Origin: Candidatus Hydrogenedens sp. | Lineage (GTDB): Bacteria; Hydrogenedentota; Hydrogenedentia; Hydrogenedentales; CAITNO01 | DNA length: 64,000 bases | NCBI GenBank assembly: GCA_012522755.1 | Contig: JAAYJV010000048.1 | Location: forward strand, 80,425-144,424 | Direction: 5' to 3' | In this document: piece by piece, positions 26,644-36,853 of the stretch | Layout: each line of letters starts with the position of its first letter | Position numbering within the stretch: position 1 is the first letter of the stretch | Program-made: the position numbers and the translations under genes | The notes under the pieces: generated by a model | Seen by the model: only the letters and a program-made list of their open reading frames with translations | What the model was told of the DNA's origin: nothing | Databases searched by the model: none

Positions 26644-26946
26644 GGATATATTCTCCTGAAGGTTGAATTTTCTGTTTGTGTCATATGCTTTGAGTCGTAT
26701 TGTTGTATTGCCCCGTTGCAAACAAGGGTCGGCTGTTTCGGATCAGGCTGGGCTTGTCCAAAGAGAAATCGGACGATTTCATCAGAAAAGATTGGAACAA
26801 TCGTGCCATGACCAGTATAGCACGCTCCACACATCAGATGCAGCCGGTCAATAAGATCTGCGTTGTAACTTACCGGCAGCACCCTCTTATGCCGGAATAG
26901 TGACAGGCTCACGGACAGCATCTGGTGAAAATAACACACTCGTGCT

Positions 26947-29900
26947 TTAAAGCGAAGTGTCTGAAAAGGTCATCAGCTCTACAAGGCGCCTGGACAGTTC
27001 GAGGGATTCGTTTTTCATCAACCAGGAAGCAAGGGCCTCAAGATCAGTCTGCATCATGGCCTTTTCTTCTTTCGTCCCGGGAAGAATTTTCCGGACATTT
27101 TCCAGATTTTCCTCGCCCTCCAGATAGCGGGCGGCTGTCTGATAGAACAGCAAAAGAGGGGCCTGGTCTTTATCTGAATTTTCAGGAAGGTGAAGCCCGG
27201 CCAGTTCCTTAAACTGTGCTGAAGTGAAGAGTTCACGGCCTCTTTCCTCAAAGAGGCTATAGAACAGGTTCGTGATTTCACTGTTCTCCGGATGCCTCTT
27301 TTGAAGGTCCCGCCAGAAGCGCACTCTGTCATTGAAATCCCGACTGAGCTTTACAGTGACATACAATGCGCGGGCAACTTCGGTGGCGTATCGACCTTCG
27401 AGCAATTGTGTGAGCCCTTCTTCGGCTGTTGTATACTCTCCGGCACCCGTAAACTGCTGGCTGGCTTTCAGCGAAAGTCGATCAGGATCCGGACTGTATT
27501 CAGAAGCCAGGAGCAATATATTTCCTGCAGTATGATGCAATCCTTTTCCTGAAAGATAAAAAGCTTCTTTTTCCAGTTCTTCAAAAATAAGAATATGATT
27601 TTCCGGATACTCGGCTGCAAGTGTTTTTATCTTCTCTGTTGTTTCTTCGATGGAATTGTTCTCCGCCTGGCTGATGGTATGGCTGATCATGATCTTCGGA
27701 TCAGTGGGATCCAGGGCATATGCTTTGTTATATGCTTCTTTCGCCAGGTTTTGTTCACCTTGCAAATTCAGAGCCATAGCCAGATAGAGGAAGAAAATGG
27801 CCTGATCCGGCACCTCGTCTGTCAAGGACTTCCAGAAGTCATGTTTTTCCTCGGGTGAAAAGCCATCAGACAAGAGAATGTGCGCCCGGGTGGCCGTGTC
27901 GGTGTCGCCGGGATGATTGTGCAGATAGTCTTTGTATATTTGCAGTGCTTCTCTTTTCATGCCCCCTCTTTCACAGGCTTCAATCTTCAAGAGGGAAACC
28001 CCTTCTTTTCTTTCAGGGGCTCGTGCTTCCAGTGCGTCAAGAGCGATGAGACAGCGTTCTGTTTCCCCGTCATAGAGACTCAGTCTGGCGATCAGTTCGA
28101 TAATTTCCAGGAGCCTCTCTTTTTCTGAAGGATCTTTTGTTTCTATTTCCAGTAGGCCATCAAGTGATTCGTCAAGCAGACTGAAGTCAATCAATCGGCC
28201 TGCAGGCAAAAGCCTGTCCATGGATCGATTGGAAAGAATCAATTGTGCTTTAGCCAGGAGAATAATCTGTTCCTCAGTCCCGAAACGTTGGGCGGCATTA
28301 AAAAAGAGCGTATTATTCAATTTCTCGTGCTCAGTATGGTGATAAAAAACGGGATCAGGGAGGCACTCAGCCGTGTAAAACAAGGGATTGGGTATTTCGT
28401 TGTCCACAGAAGCAAAAGACATCAAATGAGAAATGTCTTCTGGAAGATGCACCTCATAAAGCCCACGGAATTGTGATGCATACTCTTTTGGAACGGCAAT
28501 ACCGGTAAAATGGCCTCGTGCAATACGAAGACTTTCATCCAGTCGGGGCCCCAATACCTCATAGATAGGAAAGAAATAACGTAAAATGTCACCTTTCTGT
28601 TCTGTAACAGGGATATGCAGCAGTTGCGAAAAATCGTAATTCAAAAGCAGACTGTCGTAGCAGTGTAAGATATGACTGACATCGGAAGTGCCATCAAATT
28701 CAGCCATCAGATATTTCGCACGACTGTGAAAAATACCTATTTCAGAACTTGAACAGGCTGCTATCAATCGATACAGACTTCTGAGCTCGCTTTCCTGGCG
28801 GTCAGGTTTCGAGGAAGGAAGTGAGAAAAAAGTCCATCCGCAATGCTCTCTTTCAGAAAAAGGAAGTGCTTTTCGCGGGGCTTGGATGCAGCTCTTCATG
28901 ATCGGGCGTAATTGCCGCGTCTGATACCAGCGGAGAAGAGGCATAGGTACCAGGATCAGGCTCGCACAGAGTAAAAGAACGATTAGAGCCCCTTTGTAAT
29001 GTAAAGGACGGATGTGTCTGTTTCTCCGGATTCGTTTGATAAGAGTGTCAATCAAAATCCCTGTAATCAGAAAGGGGAAGAAGGAGAGGTGAAAAGTATG
29101 TCTGGAGACAGCCTGCAGTGCCGTATAACCCAGAATATAAGCGATGATCAGAAAGGTGAATAGGGCTGTACCGGGAGTTTGCAGTGCCAACAGAATAAAA
29201 ACCACAATAGCCAGAGGAAGTCCCGCATGATGCATGAAAAAAGCAAATGACTGATGGAGACGGTTGAAAAACTGATGAAGAACCGTAGGCTCTGAAAAGA
29301 AAGGAGGGAATGCATCTGTATACCTGAGGATCCGCCAGATAGCCGTCCAACCGCGGGTAGCCAGATCAGCCGGATAAAGGAAGACAGACTCTTGCAACCA
29401 GCGTTGCCCGGCAAGAGCCGCATCTTCATTATCAAAAAGTTGTGGTGTGGTCAGATCGGGAGTGCGTGCAGCGAAATCAGCAAGAACAGCGAAGGTATAG
29501 TAGTCGGCACCGGAGATCAGGCTCTGATAGGGAGCCTGTTTGATACCCAGTTGATCCATTCTGTCCCGTGCGAATCCCTGAACAAGCACATGTTGTGGTT
29601 GAGCGTTTCCATCAAAATGTTGGAACATGGGAGAGGCAAGGGCCAAAAATATACAGAGATAGAGAAATACGGGTGACAGAGTTTTCCACAGTGCCCGGTC
29701 TGTTTTCAGGAAAACAGGAAAAATCAGAATCAAAGCACAGAGGGGAAAAAAAATCAATGCATCCTGACGAAAACCCATGAAAATCCCGTGAACTGCACCC
29801 AGTGCCACTGCGCCCAGGATTTGAAAGCGCAGTGAGGGACGTCGGATAAAGAGCCAGAGCAACAGGCAAAAAAGCGTAATCGTGAAAGGAGCTTTACTGA

Positions 29901-30429
29901 AATCGCGCAGATCAAGAAGAAGCATGAATACGGCTGGTGAAACAGTGAGGAGGCAGGTGGATATAACGGCCAGACTCCGGGACAGAAAAAATCGAAAAAG
30001 AAAATACAGGGAAAGGGCATACCATCCCAGAAAGAGGGAGATAAAAGGCTCCAGTGTTCTCCAGGAGACACCGAATATGCGCCAGAAGAGACCGACAGCA
30101 TAGAGCAGATAACGGTGATAGAAGGCAACTGAGGATCCAATAGTCTTAATGTCTGCGGGTAGCTGATCTGTACAAAAGCTTTGCTGATCCCCTTTTAAAA
30201 AAGCCCAAAGTTCAGGATATTCACTGCGATCGGGATTAATAAAACCGTGACCGGCCGCTATCATTACGGCTGGTCCGTAAAGGTCTTCTATGGTGAAGAC
30301 AGCTGATTTGTCAGTACGAAGCGATTCAAAGTGCGCCAGCCCGGCCACAAATCCAAAGACAAAGAGAAGGAACGCAATAATCCACTCTTTGCGGCGATCA
30401 GAAAATGTGAGGGAGCTGGAATGATTCAT
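26947..30429 (-). CDS. Polytopic membrane-TPR fusion protein, paralog 1 (subfamily A); GT-C/TMTC/PMT-like architecture, function unknown
   Basis: The 1160-aa ORF is intact. A short basic N-terminal tail (…SDRRKEW) precedes TM1. About 12-13 predicted TM helices are present, with a roughly 150-aa loop between TM8 and TM9. Motifs HFESL, ELYGPAVMIAAGHGF, GFRQD, QPQHVLVQGFARDRMD and SGADYYTF are conserved across the array. A soluble middle domain of about 250 aa is followed by a C-terminal TPR-rich domain of about 450 aa (for example AYNKAYALDPTDPKI). The CDS itself is near certain, but the functional call is inference. Confidence 0.5.
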   Translation of the reverse strand: MNHSSSLTFSDRRKEWIIAFLLFVFGFVAGLAHFESLRTDKSAVFTIEDLYGPAVMIAAGHGFINPDRSEYPELWAFLKGDQQSFCTDQLPADIKTIGSSVAFYHRYLLYAVGLFWRIFGVSWRTLEPFISLFLGWYALSLYFLFRFFLSRSLAVISTCLLTVSPAVFMLLLDLRDFSKAPFTITLFCLLLWLFIRRPSLRFQILGAVALGAVHGIFMGFRQDALIFFPLCALILIFPVFLKTDRALWKTLSPVFLYLCIFLALASPMFQHFDGNAQPQHVLVQGFARDRMDQLGIKQAPYQSLISGADYYTFAVLADFAARTPDLTTPQLFDNEDAALAGQRWLQESVFLYPADLATRGWTAIWRILRYTDAFPPFFSEPTVLHQFFNRLHQSFAFFMHHAGLPLAIVVFILLALQTPGTALFTFLIIAYILGYTALQAVSRHTFHLSFFPFLITGILIDTLIKRIRRNRHIRPLHYKGALIVLLLCASLILVPMPLLRWYQTRQLRPIMKSCIQAPRKALPFSEREHCGWTFFSLPSSKPDRQESELRSLYRLIAACSSSEIGIFHSRAKYLMAEFDGTSDVSHILHCYDSLLLNYDFSQLLHIPVTEQKGDILRYFFPIYEVLGPRLDESLRIARGHFTGIAVPKEYASQFRGLYEVHLPEDISHLMSFASVDNEIPNPLFYTAECLPDPVFYHHTEHEKLNNTLFFNAAQRFGTEEQIILLAKAQLILSNRSMDRLLPAGRLIDFSLLDESLDGLLEIETKDPSEKERLLEIIELIARLSLYDGETERCLIALDALEARAPERKEGVSLLKIEACERGGMKREALQIYKDYLHNHPGDTDTATRAHILLSDGFSPEEKHDFWKSLTDEVPDQAIFFLYLAMALNLQGEQNLAKEAYNKAYALDPTDPKIMISHTISQAENNSIEETTEKIKTLAAEYPENHILIFEELEKEAFYLSGKGLHHTAGNILLLASEYSPDPDRLSLKASQQFTGAGEYTTAEEGLTQLLEGRYATEVARALYVTVKLSRDFNDRVRFWRDLQKRHPENSEITNLFYSLFEERGRELFTSAQFKELAGLHLPENSDKDQAPLLLFYQTAARYLEGEENLENVRKILPGTKEEKAMMQTDLEALASWLMKNESLELSRRLVELMTFSDTSL

Positions 30430-30458
30430 CTACGGCTGCTTTCTATAAAAACCGCCTT

Positions 30459-30468
30459 ATTCTAACAG
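30459..30468 (-). promoter_or_regulatory. Putative extended -10 element (TGTTAGAAT) of paralog 1
   Basis: On the coding strand, CTGTTAGAATAAGGCGG lies about 30 nt upstream of the ATG. The element is shared with the other five paralogs. Confidence 0.35.
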
Positions 30469-30663
30469 ACTTTGGAAGAGCTGACAAAGGAAAGAGAACT
30501 ATTGTCAAGGGCGCGAGTTCAATATCGAAACGCAATTTTTAGCAGACAAAAAGAGGAGCTGCTGCATCCGGGAAACAATCATCGGTATCGGCTCTCAGGC
30601 GAAAGGATGGTCAGGCTGTTCCCGAATAATGAAGATGGGAGGAGAAGAGATTGAAGGCTTGTC

Positions 30664-32871
30664 TCAGTTGATATAACCCAGCGCTTTTAAAATTTCTATC
30701 TCTAAAGGATCTACTGAAATCGCCGATTCTTGAGATTCTTCTTCCGGGCCCAAGCTGTTGAAAATCCTTGTCTGTTTCTCCATGTGCTGATCCAATAATT
30801 GACGAAAGGCTTCCATTTTCTCCGGATGTGTTTCGCTAAGGTCAACAAGTTCTTCCCGGTCTGATTGGAGGGAGAAAAGCTTTTCACCGTCCGTATCGAA
30901 ACGCCTGTACTTCCAACCGTCCTGAATCACACTCGCGTTCTCCTGTTTCCACGCCAGAAAAGAAAAAGTGGGAGTCGGGTTCAGCTTGCCGCCATTGAAC
31001 AGGGTCAGAAGGTTTCTCCCTTGATACACAGGCGGTACGGCAATTTCAGCCATAGCCGGAAGAGTGGCGGAGAGATCGGTGAGTGTCACTTCCTCTTGAC
31101 GTACAGAGGCGGGTATTCCGGGGCCGCTCATGATCAAAGGAATATGAATTTGATGCTCGTAAGGAACGAAGCTGTGTCCATAAAGCCCATGTTCGTGAAG
31201 AGCTTCTCCATGATCGGAAGTGAAAATAACAATTGTATTTTCCAGAAGATTCAGGTCAGCAAGTTTGTTATAAATTTTTCTGAAATTGTAATCTGCATAT
31301 GCAATAGCGGCATCGTATTGCTCTGACTCATTTGCTTCGGATGAAATTTCCCAAATCTCTTTGTGGGCTTGATCATCAAGAGGGCAAAGAGTCGGGTGCG
31401 GTTCCATCCTGTCGTGCACTTCCATAGTATGCACATATAAATAAAAGGGTCGATCCCGGTGTTTTTCCAGAAATTCAAAGGTACATTGCTCTGTTTTGTT
31501 GCATACCTCTGGTCCGTCGAGAGGATTTATCTGAAACAGTTTGGAAAACATTTTCTGAGAAAGCGATACGGGAGGCGAATAATTGTTCTGGGAAATCGCA
31601 CAAGTTTCATAGCCTTCCTGTCGCAACAAGGCGGGATAGAAGGGAGGTTCATTTTTATAGTGAAGGCCGTGAGAGCAGGTAAAACGATGAGCTGCACTGT
31701 CGATTCCCGAATGCAAAGACATCATGGAAGCTTTTGTGCAGGTTTCATGGGAACGATATTCTTGAAAAAGACTTCCTGATTTTGCCCATTCTTTTATGAA
31801 AGGTGCTGTGGGACGGTCATAACCGTATGCATCCAGGCGGTTTGCTTTCAAAGCATCAACCAGATAAACAAGAATATTGGGTTTCCGTGTTTCTTTTTTA
31901 TCTTGACGGGCTTCATAGATGGAGGGGTTGCTCCAGAGTACGGTTTGCCCGGCCTGTTCTGAAGATGCGGACAGTGTGACCTCCACTTCCTTTCCTGCAT
32001 AGGCCTTGAGACTGTATTGTTTATCGAGCCAGCGGTGATTGTTTTCAAGTTTTTCCTCAAGGAGCGATGTTGTAGCGCCATCACAGGTTATTGAAACTTG
32101 AAAGGTAACCGGGCTGTGTTCTTCCACAAAGTTCATCCCTGTCGCAAAAACAGGATTTTCGGGGAGTGTTAATCGGTACCGGAAAGATGCAGGTGTGTGG
32201 GCATAGATAACCTGTCGGAACTCTCCTACCATATATATATTTTTACAGCCAACAGGAATATCAGCGAAGTTGGAAGATTTTTTGCGCAACTCTATTTTGT
32301 GGATTTCAATCGTTGCCTGTCCATCAGTTTTGATTCTTAAACCATCTATGATATCAAGACGATTCCAGTACTCCAGGTTATCCAGACGAACGATATAACT
32401 GCGCGTCTGTCCGTCGGCAACCACTGGAAGCTTGAAAAAGCAATTATCAAAATGCTCCATTTCAAGCCAGTGTTTTAAAGAAAATCTCCAGTAAAAGCTG
32501 AGCTCCGATACACCCTCGACAGCCGCAGTGATTATCATCGCGTCAAAGTCCGGGGCGTATACATCGATATCTTCATGAAGAGAAAGAGTGCTTGCTTCCG
32601 CAGTATTCCAATGAAGTAAATCTTTCTTAATGGTGACCGTGTCTTGTTTGAAATCCGTGTTCTCATGCTCAAGGTCCGGCCAAATGACAACAGAGGTGGA
32701 AAAAGAAAGATCGCGGGAGCCGTGATGCAAGATTTCCGCATCGTCAATATGATCGTCCAGACGGTAACAGGAAAGCAGCTTGTCTTCATTACCAAATGCG
32801 GTGACGGAGACGCATACAATGATGAGTGAGAAAAAACAATACCATAGAACAGGATCCTGTTGCCGCTTCAT
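30664..32871 (-). CDS. Sulfatase-family (alkaline-phosphatase superfamily) protein lacking the CxPxR formylglycine motif; novel ~330-aa N-terminal domain
   Basis: Sulfatase hallmarks are present ('ILVYLVDALKANRLDAYG' and 'IVIFTSDHGEALHEHGLYGHS'). At the position of the sulfatase signature C-x-P-x-R the sequence reads 'ETCTKASMMSLHSG' (C-T-K-A-S). An N-terminal signal or anchor is present (VLWYCFFSLIIVCVSVTAFG). Confidence 0.6.
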   Translation of the reverse strand: MKRQQDPVLWYCFFSLIIVCVSVTAFGNEDKLLSCYRLDDHIDDAEILHHGSRDLSFSTSVVIWPDLEHENTDFKQDTVTIKKDLLHWNTAEASTLSLHEDIDVYAPDFDAMIITAAVEGVSELSFYWRFSLKHWLEMEHFDNCFFKLPVVADGQTRSYIVRLDNLEYWNRLDIIDGLRIKTDGQATIEIHKIELRKKSSNFADIPVGCKNIYMVGEFRQVIYAHTPASFRYRLTLPENPVFATGMNFVEEHSPVTFQVSITCDGATTSLLEEKLENNHRWLDKQYSLKAYAGKEVEVTLSASSEQAGQTVLWSNPSIYEARQDKKETRKPNILVYLVDALKANRLDAYGYDRPTAPFIKEWAKSGSLFQEYRSHETCTKASMMSLHSGIDSAAHRFTCSHGLHYKNEPPFYPALLRQEGYETCAISQNNYSPPVSLSQKMFSKLFQINPLDGPEVCNKTEQCTFEFLEKHRDRPFYLYVHTMEVHDRMEPHPTLCPLDDQAHKEIWEISSEANESEQYDAAIAYADYNFRKIYNKLADLNLLENTIVIFTSDHGEALHEHGLYGHSFVPYEHQIHIPLIMSGPGIPASVRQEEVTLTDLSATLPAMAEIAVPPVYQGRNLLTLFNGGKLNPTPTFSFLAWKQENASVIQDGWKYRRFDTDGEKLFSLQSDREELVDLSETHPEKMEAFRQLLDQHMEKQTRIFNSLGPEEESQESAISVDPLEIEILKALGYIN

Positions 32872-33168
32872 ATTTTATAATCCTTCCGGATGTACCAGAC
32901 AATACTTTAAAATCAAGAGCTGGCTGTTTCAACCATGGATGAACTGGTTAATTGTAACATCAATACTGTTCCCCGATGTAAAGGGATTCATGGATGACGA
33001 ATTATGAACCTGGCTTTTGGCGTGTTTTTCAGGAAAGGCTGTTCTGTCATCCGATGAATGGAGAAGAGGATAGAAAACCTTCCAGAGACCTCGTCCCAAG
33101 ACTCTCACTATCATCTCCCTGAACGATCACCTGGATTTTATCTGTATATTCCGAAAAAGCAATTTGTT

Positions 33169-36100
33169 TTATGGCAAAGAGACCCAAATGGCCATCAGTG
33201 CTGCCAGGCGGGCCGACTGTTCATGCCTTTCCTCTTTGGTCAGTGCAGATGCAAGAGATTCAAGATCGGCTGTCACCAGTGCTTTTTCCTCTTCCGTGAC
33301 AAAAAAGTTTCTTTGGATACTATCCAGATCTTCCTGTCCCTCCAGATAGCGGGCTATTGTCTGATAGAGCTGTAAAATGGGCCTTTGTTCTTTTGACATC
33401 CTTTGTGGAAGCTTCAGACGGCCCAATTCTTCCAGGGCCGCTGAGCTGAAGAGTTCATGGACTCTTTCCTCATGAAGCAGGTATAACAAGTCTGCTGTTT
33501 GGCTGTTGTCAGGGTGTGCCTCCAGAAGTCCGAGCCAGAAGTTTACACGCTCAGGAAAATCACGGCTGAGTTTGATTGTCACGTAAAGTGCCTGAGCGGC
33601 CTCTTCTCCATAATTGCTTTGAAGAAGTTCAAGAAGCCCCTTTTCAGCCTTTTCATAGTCTCCTGCGCCCGTAAACTGTTGATACGCTTTAAGTGTGAGC
33701 CGATCCGGATCGTCGCTGCAGTCGGCGGCCAGAAGCAACAGAGTCCCGGCCTTTTGATGCTGTTCTTTTTCGGAAAGGTAAAATGCTTCCCGTTCCAGAT
33801 GTTCAAAAATAAGGAGATCATTGTCCGGATAATCAGCTGCAAGTGTTTGAATATTTTCCACAGTTTCTTCTATCGGATTCTTGTCCGCTTGTGCAAGAGT
33901 ATGACAAATGCGGATCTTGGGGTTCTCTGGATCCAGGGCAAAGGCTCTGGCGTATGATTCTTTTGCCAGAGACTCTTTGTTGACAAGATCCAGTGCCATA
34001 GCCAGATAGAGATGGAAATGGGCCTGATCCGCAAATTGATCTGTGAGTGAGAGCCAGAAGGCCTGTTTTTCCTCTGAAGAAAAACCATCGGATAAGAGGG
34101 CATGCACCCGTGCAGCTGTGGATGTGTCTTCAGGATGAGTTCTGAGATAATCTTTGTATAGCTCCAGAGCCTCTTGCCTCATTCCGGCTCTTTCACAGGC
34201 TTCAATTTTCAAGAGAGAAATATTCCCTTTTCTTTCAGGAGCCCGTATTTCCAGAGCATCAAGAGCGGCCAGGCAATGTTCTGTTTCATCGTTGTAGAGG
34301 CTCAGTTTCGCAATCAGTTCCAGGCTGTCCAGAACCATCTCTCTTTCTGAATGATCCGTGGTTTTGATTTCCAAAATACCTTCCAGCGATTCATCAAGCC
34401 GGTTGAGGTTTATCAGTTTTTGGGCGGCCCAGATTTGATGAGTGGGATCTGTGGACAGAATCAATTCAGCTTGAGTAAATAAAATGCTTTGCTCTTCACT
34501 TCCGAAACGGCGGGCCGCTTGAGAAAAAAGTGTATTATTCACCTTCTCGTGTTCAGTGTGGTGATAGTAAACGGGATCCGGCCGGCATGCCGGTGTGTAA
34601 AACAAGGGACTGGGTATTTTGTCGTCCAGAGAAGTAAAGGCAATCAAATGGCTAAGGTCTTCAGGAGGATGAACCTCATAGAGTCCCCGGAAGTGCGAAG
34701 AAAATTCCTTTGGGATGGCAATACCTGAGAAATGACCGCGCGCCAGAACTAAAGCGTTGTCCGATCCCGGCCCGAATAATTCATATACAGGGAAAAAATA
34801 GCGTAACACCTTCCCTGTCTGTTCTGTTTTCGGAACACGGAGCAGTTGTGAAAAATTAAAATTCAAAATTTTGCTGTCATAGCAGTGCATAAGATGTGTG
34901 ATATTACAGGAGCCGTCAAATTCAGCCATCAGATATCTGGTACGCACATTCCAGAGGCGCAGTTCAGGGCTGAAAGATGCAGCCAGCAGCCTGTAAAGGC
35001 TTTTGATCTCACTGATACTGTTGTCGCTCTGAGCTGTCTCGAGACTGAAAAAAGTCCAACCGACGCGATCTTGTTTTGTATAGACCAGAGGGCTTCGCTG
35101 AGATTGAATGGCGTTTTCAAAAAGTGGAGCAAGTTGCCGGGTCTGATACCAACGCAGAAAGGGTATGGGCACAAGGATCAACGCTGTGCAGAACAAAAGA
35201 GTGGCCAGAGCGGCTGTATAGCGCTTTATCGGTAGAGGAAAGATAATTGACTGAGCAGTTCTTTTTTTCCTGATTTGCTTTATTACTGTCTCAATCAAAA
35301 ATCCAGCAATCAGAAAAGGGAAAAAAGAGAGATGAAAAGTGTGTCTGCAGACCACTTGTAAGGCTGTGTATCCCAGAATATAGGAGGTAAACAGAAAGAT
35401 GAACAGCGCTGTGAGCGGCGACTTCAAGGCTACCAGGAAAAAGGCCAGGATAGCCAAGGGAAGTCCTGCACGATGCATGAAAAAAGCAAAATAACGGTGA
35501 ACTTGATTGAAAAATCTATACAGTGCGTCAGGTTCGGAAAAAGAGGGTGGGAAAGCATCGGCATACCTGAGGATTCGCCAGATGGCTGACCAGCCACGGC
35601 TAGCCAAATCCGCTGGATGAAGAAAAATCGCCTCTTTCAGCCAGCGTTGCCCCGCTGTAACAGTATTTTCGTCATCGAAATGGACGGGTATGGACTGACC
35701 GGGATTGCGGGAAGCAAAATCGGAAAGCATGGAGAAAGTATAGTAATCCGCACCGGAGAGTGGGTGATGATAAGCGGCTTCTTTCATGCCCAACAGATCC
35801 ATTCTATCGCGAGCAAATCCTTGAACAAGCACATGCTGCGGTTGGGAACCTCCTTCCATGTGCTGAAGCAAGGGAGTGGCAAGAATGGCAAAAAGACTGA
35901 GATAGATAAGAAGGGGCGACAGACTTTTAAAACGCGCGACATTTGTTTTAAGAAAGACAGGAAATATCAGTACGCACATAGAGAGAGGAAGGAATATGAG
36001 GGCATCCTGACGAAAGCCCATGAAAATGCCGTGAAAAATTCCCAGTAACAGGGCGCCTCTTATTTGATAGCGCAAAGAGGACGCTGAAATAAGAAGCCAG

Positions 36101-36672
36101 AGCAGTATACAAAAGAGCGTGATAGTGAAAGGGGCCTTACTGAAATCGCGCAAATCCAAAACAAGCATGAATACAGCCGGCGAAACAGTTAAGAAAAGGG
36201 CGCATAGAAAAGCCAGGATGCGTGAGAGAAAAAAGCGAAATAAAAAATAGAGAGAAACAGCATACCATCCGAGAAAGAGGGAGATGAAGGGTTCCAAATT
36301 CTTCCAGGAGATACCGAAAATACGCCAGATGAGTGCCACGGCATACAACAGATAGCGGTGATAAGAGGCGACAGCGGAAGGGCGTTGTTCAATATTGGCC
36401 GGGAGGCTGGCGGGAGAAAAACTCTGTTTATCCCCCTCTAAAAACTGATGAAGTTCAGGATATAAGACATAATCAGGAACGATAAAACCATGACCGGAGG
36501 CCATCATCACAGCGGGACCATAGAGGCCGGGTATCAGAAAGACAGCAGATTTTTCGCCGCGAAGTGCCTCAAAGTGCGCCAGCCCTGTCAAAAACCCGAA
36601 AAAGAACAGAAGAACTGCGATAGTCCATTCTTTACGATGGGGAAAATATGTGCCGGCTCGGAGAGTATTCAT
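33169..36672 (-). CDS. Polytopic membrane-TPR fusion protein, paralog 2 (subfamily A)
   Basis: The 1167-aa product has the same architecture and conserved loop motifs as paralog 1. Its N-terminus is MNTLRAGTYFPHRKEWTIAVLLFFFGFLTGLAHFEALR. Confidence 0.5.
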   Translation of the reverse strand: MNTLRAGTYFPHRKEWTIAVLLFFFGFLTGLAHFEALRGEKSAVFLIPGLYGPAVMMASGHGFIVPDYVLYPELHQFLEGDKQSFSPASLPANIEQRPSAVASYHRYLLYAVALIWRIFGISWKNLEPFISLFLGWYAVSLYFLFRFFLSRILAFLCALFLTVSPAVFMLVLDLRDFSKAPFTITLFCILLWLLISASSLRYQIRGALLLGIFHGIFMGFRQDALIFLPLSMCVLIFPVFLKTNVARFKSLSPLLIYLSLFAILATPLLQHMEGGSQPQHVLVQGFARDRMDLLGMKEAAYHHPLSGADYYTFSMLSDFASRNPGQSIPVHFDDENTVTAGQRWLKEAIFLHPADLASRGWSAIWRILRYADAFPPSFSEPDALYRFFNQVHRYFAFFMHRAGLPLAILAFFLVALKSPLTALFIFLFTSYILGYTALQVVCRHTFHLSFFPFLIAGFLIETVIKQIRKKRTAQSIIFPLPIKRYTAALATLLFCTALILVPIPFLRWYQTRQLAPLFENAIQSQRSPLVYTKQDRVGWTFFSLETAQSDNSISEIKSLYRLLAASFSPELRLWNVRTRYLMAEFDGSCNITHLMHCYDSKILNFNFSQLLRVPKTEQTGKVLRYFFPVYELFGPGSDNALVLARGHFSGIAIPKEFSSHFRGLYEVHPPEDLSHLIAFTSLDDKIPSPLFYTPACRPDPVYYHHTEHEKVNNTLFSQAARRFGSEEQSILFTQAELILSTDPTHQIWAAQKLINLNRLDESLEGILEIKTTDHSEREMVLDSLELIAKLSLYNDETEHCLAALDALEIRAPERKGNISLLKIEACERAGMRQEALELYKDYLRTHPEDTSTAARVHALLSDGFSSEEKQAFWLSLTDQFADQAHFHLYLAMALDLVNKESLAKESYARAFALDPENPKIRICHTLAQADKNPIEETVENIQTLAADYPDNDLLIFEHLEREAFYLSEKEQHQKAGTLLLLAADCSDDPDRLTLKAYQQFTGAGDYEKAEKGLLELLQSNYGEEAAQALYVTIKLSRDFPERVNFWLGLLEAHPDNSQTADLLYLLHEERVHELFSSAALEELGRLKLPQRMSKEQRPILQLYQTIARYLEGQEDLDSIQRNFFVTEEEKALVTADLESLASALTKEERHEQSARLAALMAIWVSLP

Positions 36673-36702
36673 TTGCGTCTGTGCCTGTTTGAAAACTGTG
36701 TC

Positions 36703-36712
36703 ATTTTAACAG
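36703..36712 (-). promoter_or_regulatory. Putative extended -10 element (TGTTAAAAT) of paralog 2
   Basis: On the coding strand, GGTCTGTTAAAATGACACAG lies about 30 nt upstream of the ATG at 36672. Confidence 0.35.
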
Positions 36713-36853
36713 ACCTGAGAGATACAGACAAAGTAAAGACAAGCTTAAATCCCTCCGTTGAATGAGAAAGCGGCTGCATGAAGCTCTGTATTTTGAAGTA
36801 CTTCAAAGGATTCTTGCATCCTTGAAAAAAGCCCGTAAGCAGGTACAATATTG

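Noticed and set aside
36793-36830. Perfect 16-bp palindrome TTTGAAGTACTTCAAA and adjacent AAGGAT…ATCCTT hairpin between paralogs 3 and 2
   Set aside because: This could be a terminator or protein-binding site for the array, but no adjacent T-run follows on the relevant strand. Equivalent palindromes were not seen in the other paralog intergenic gaps, so I left it unannotated.
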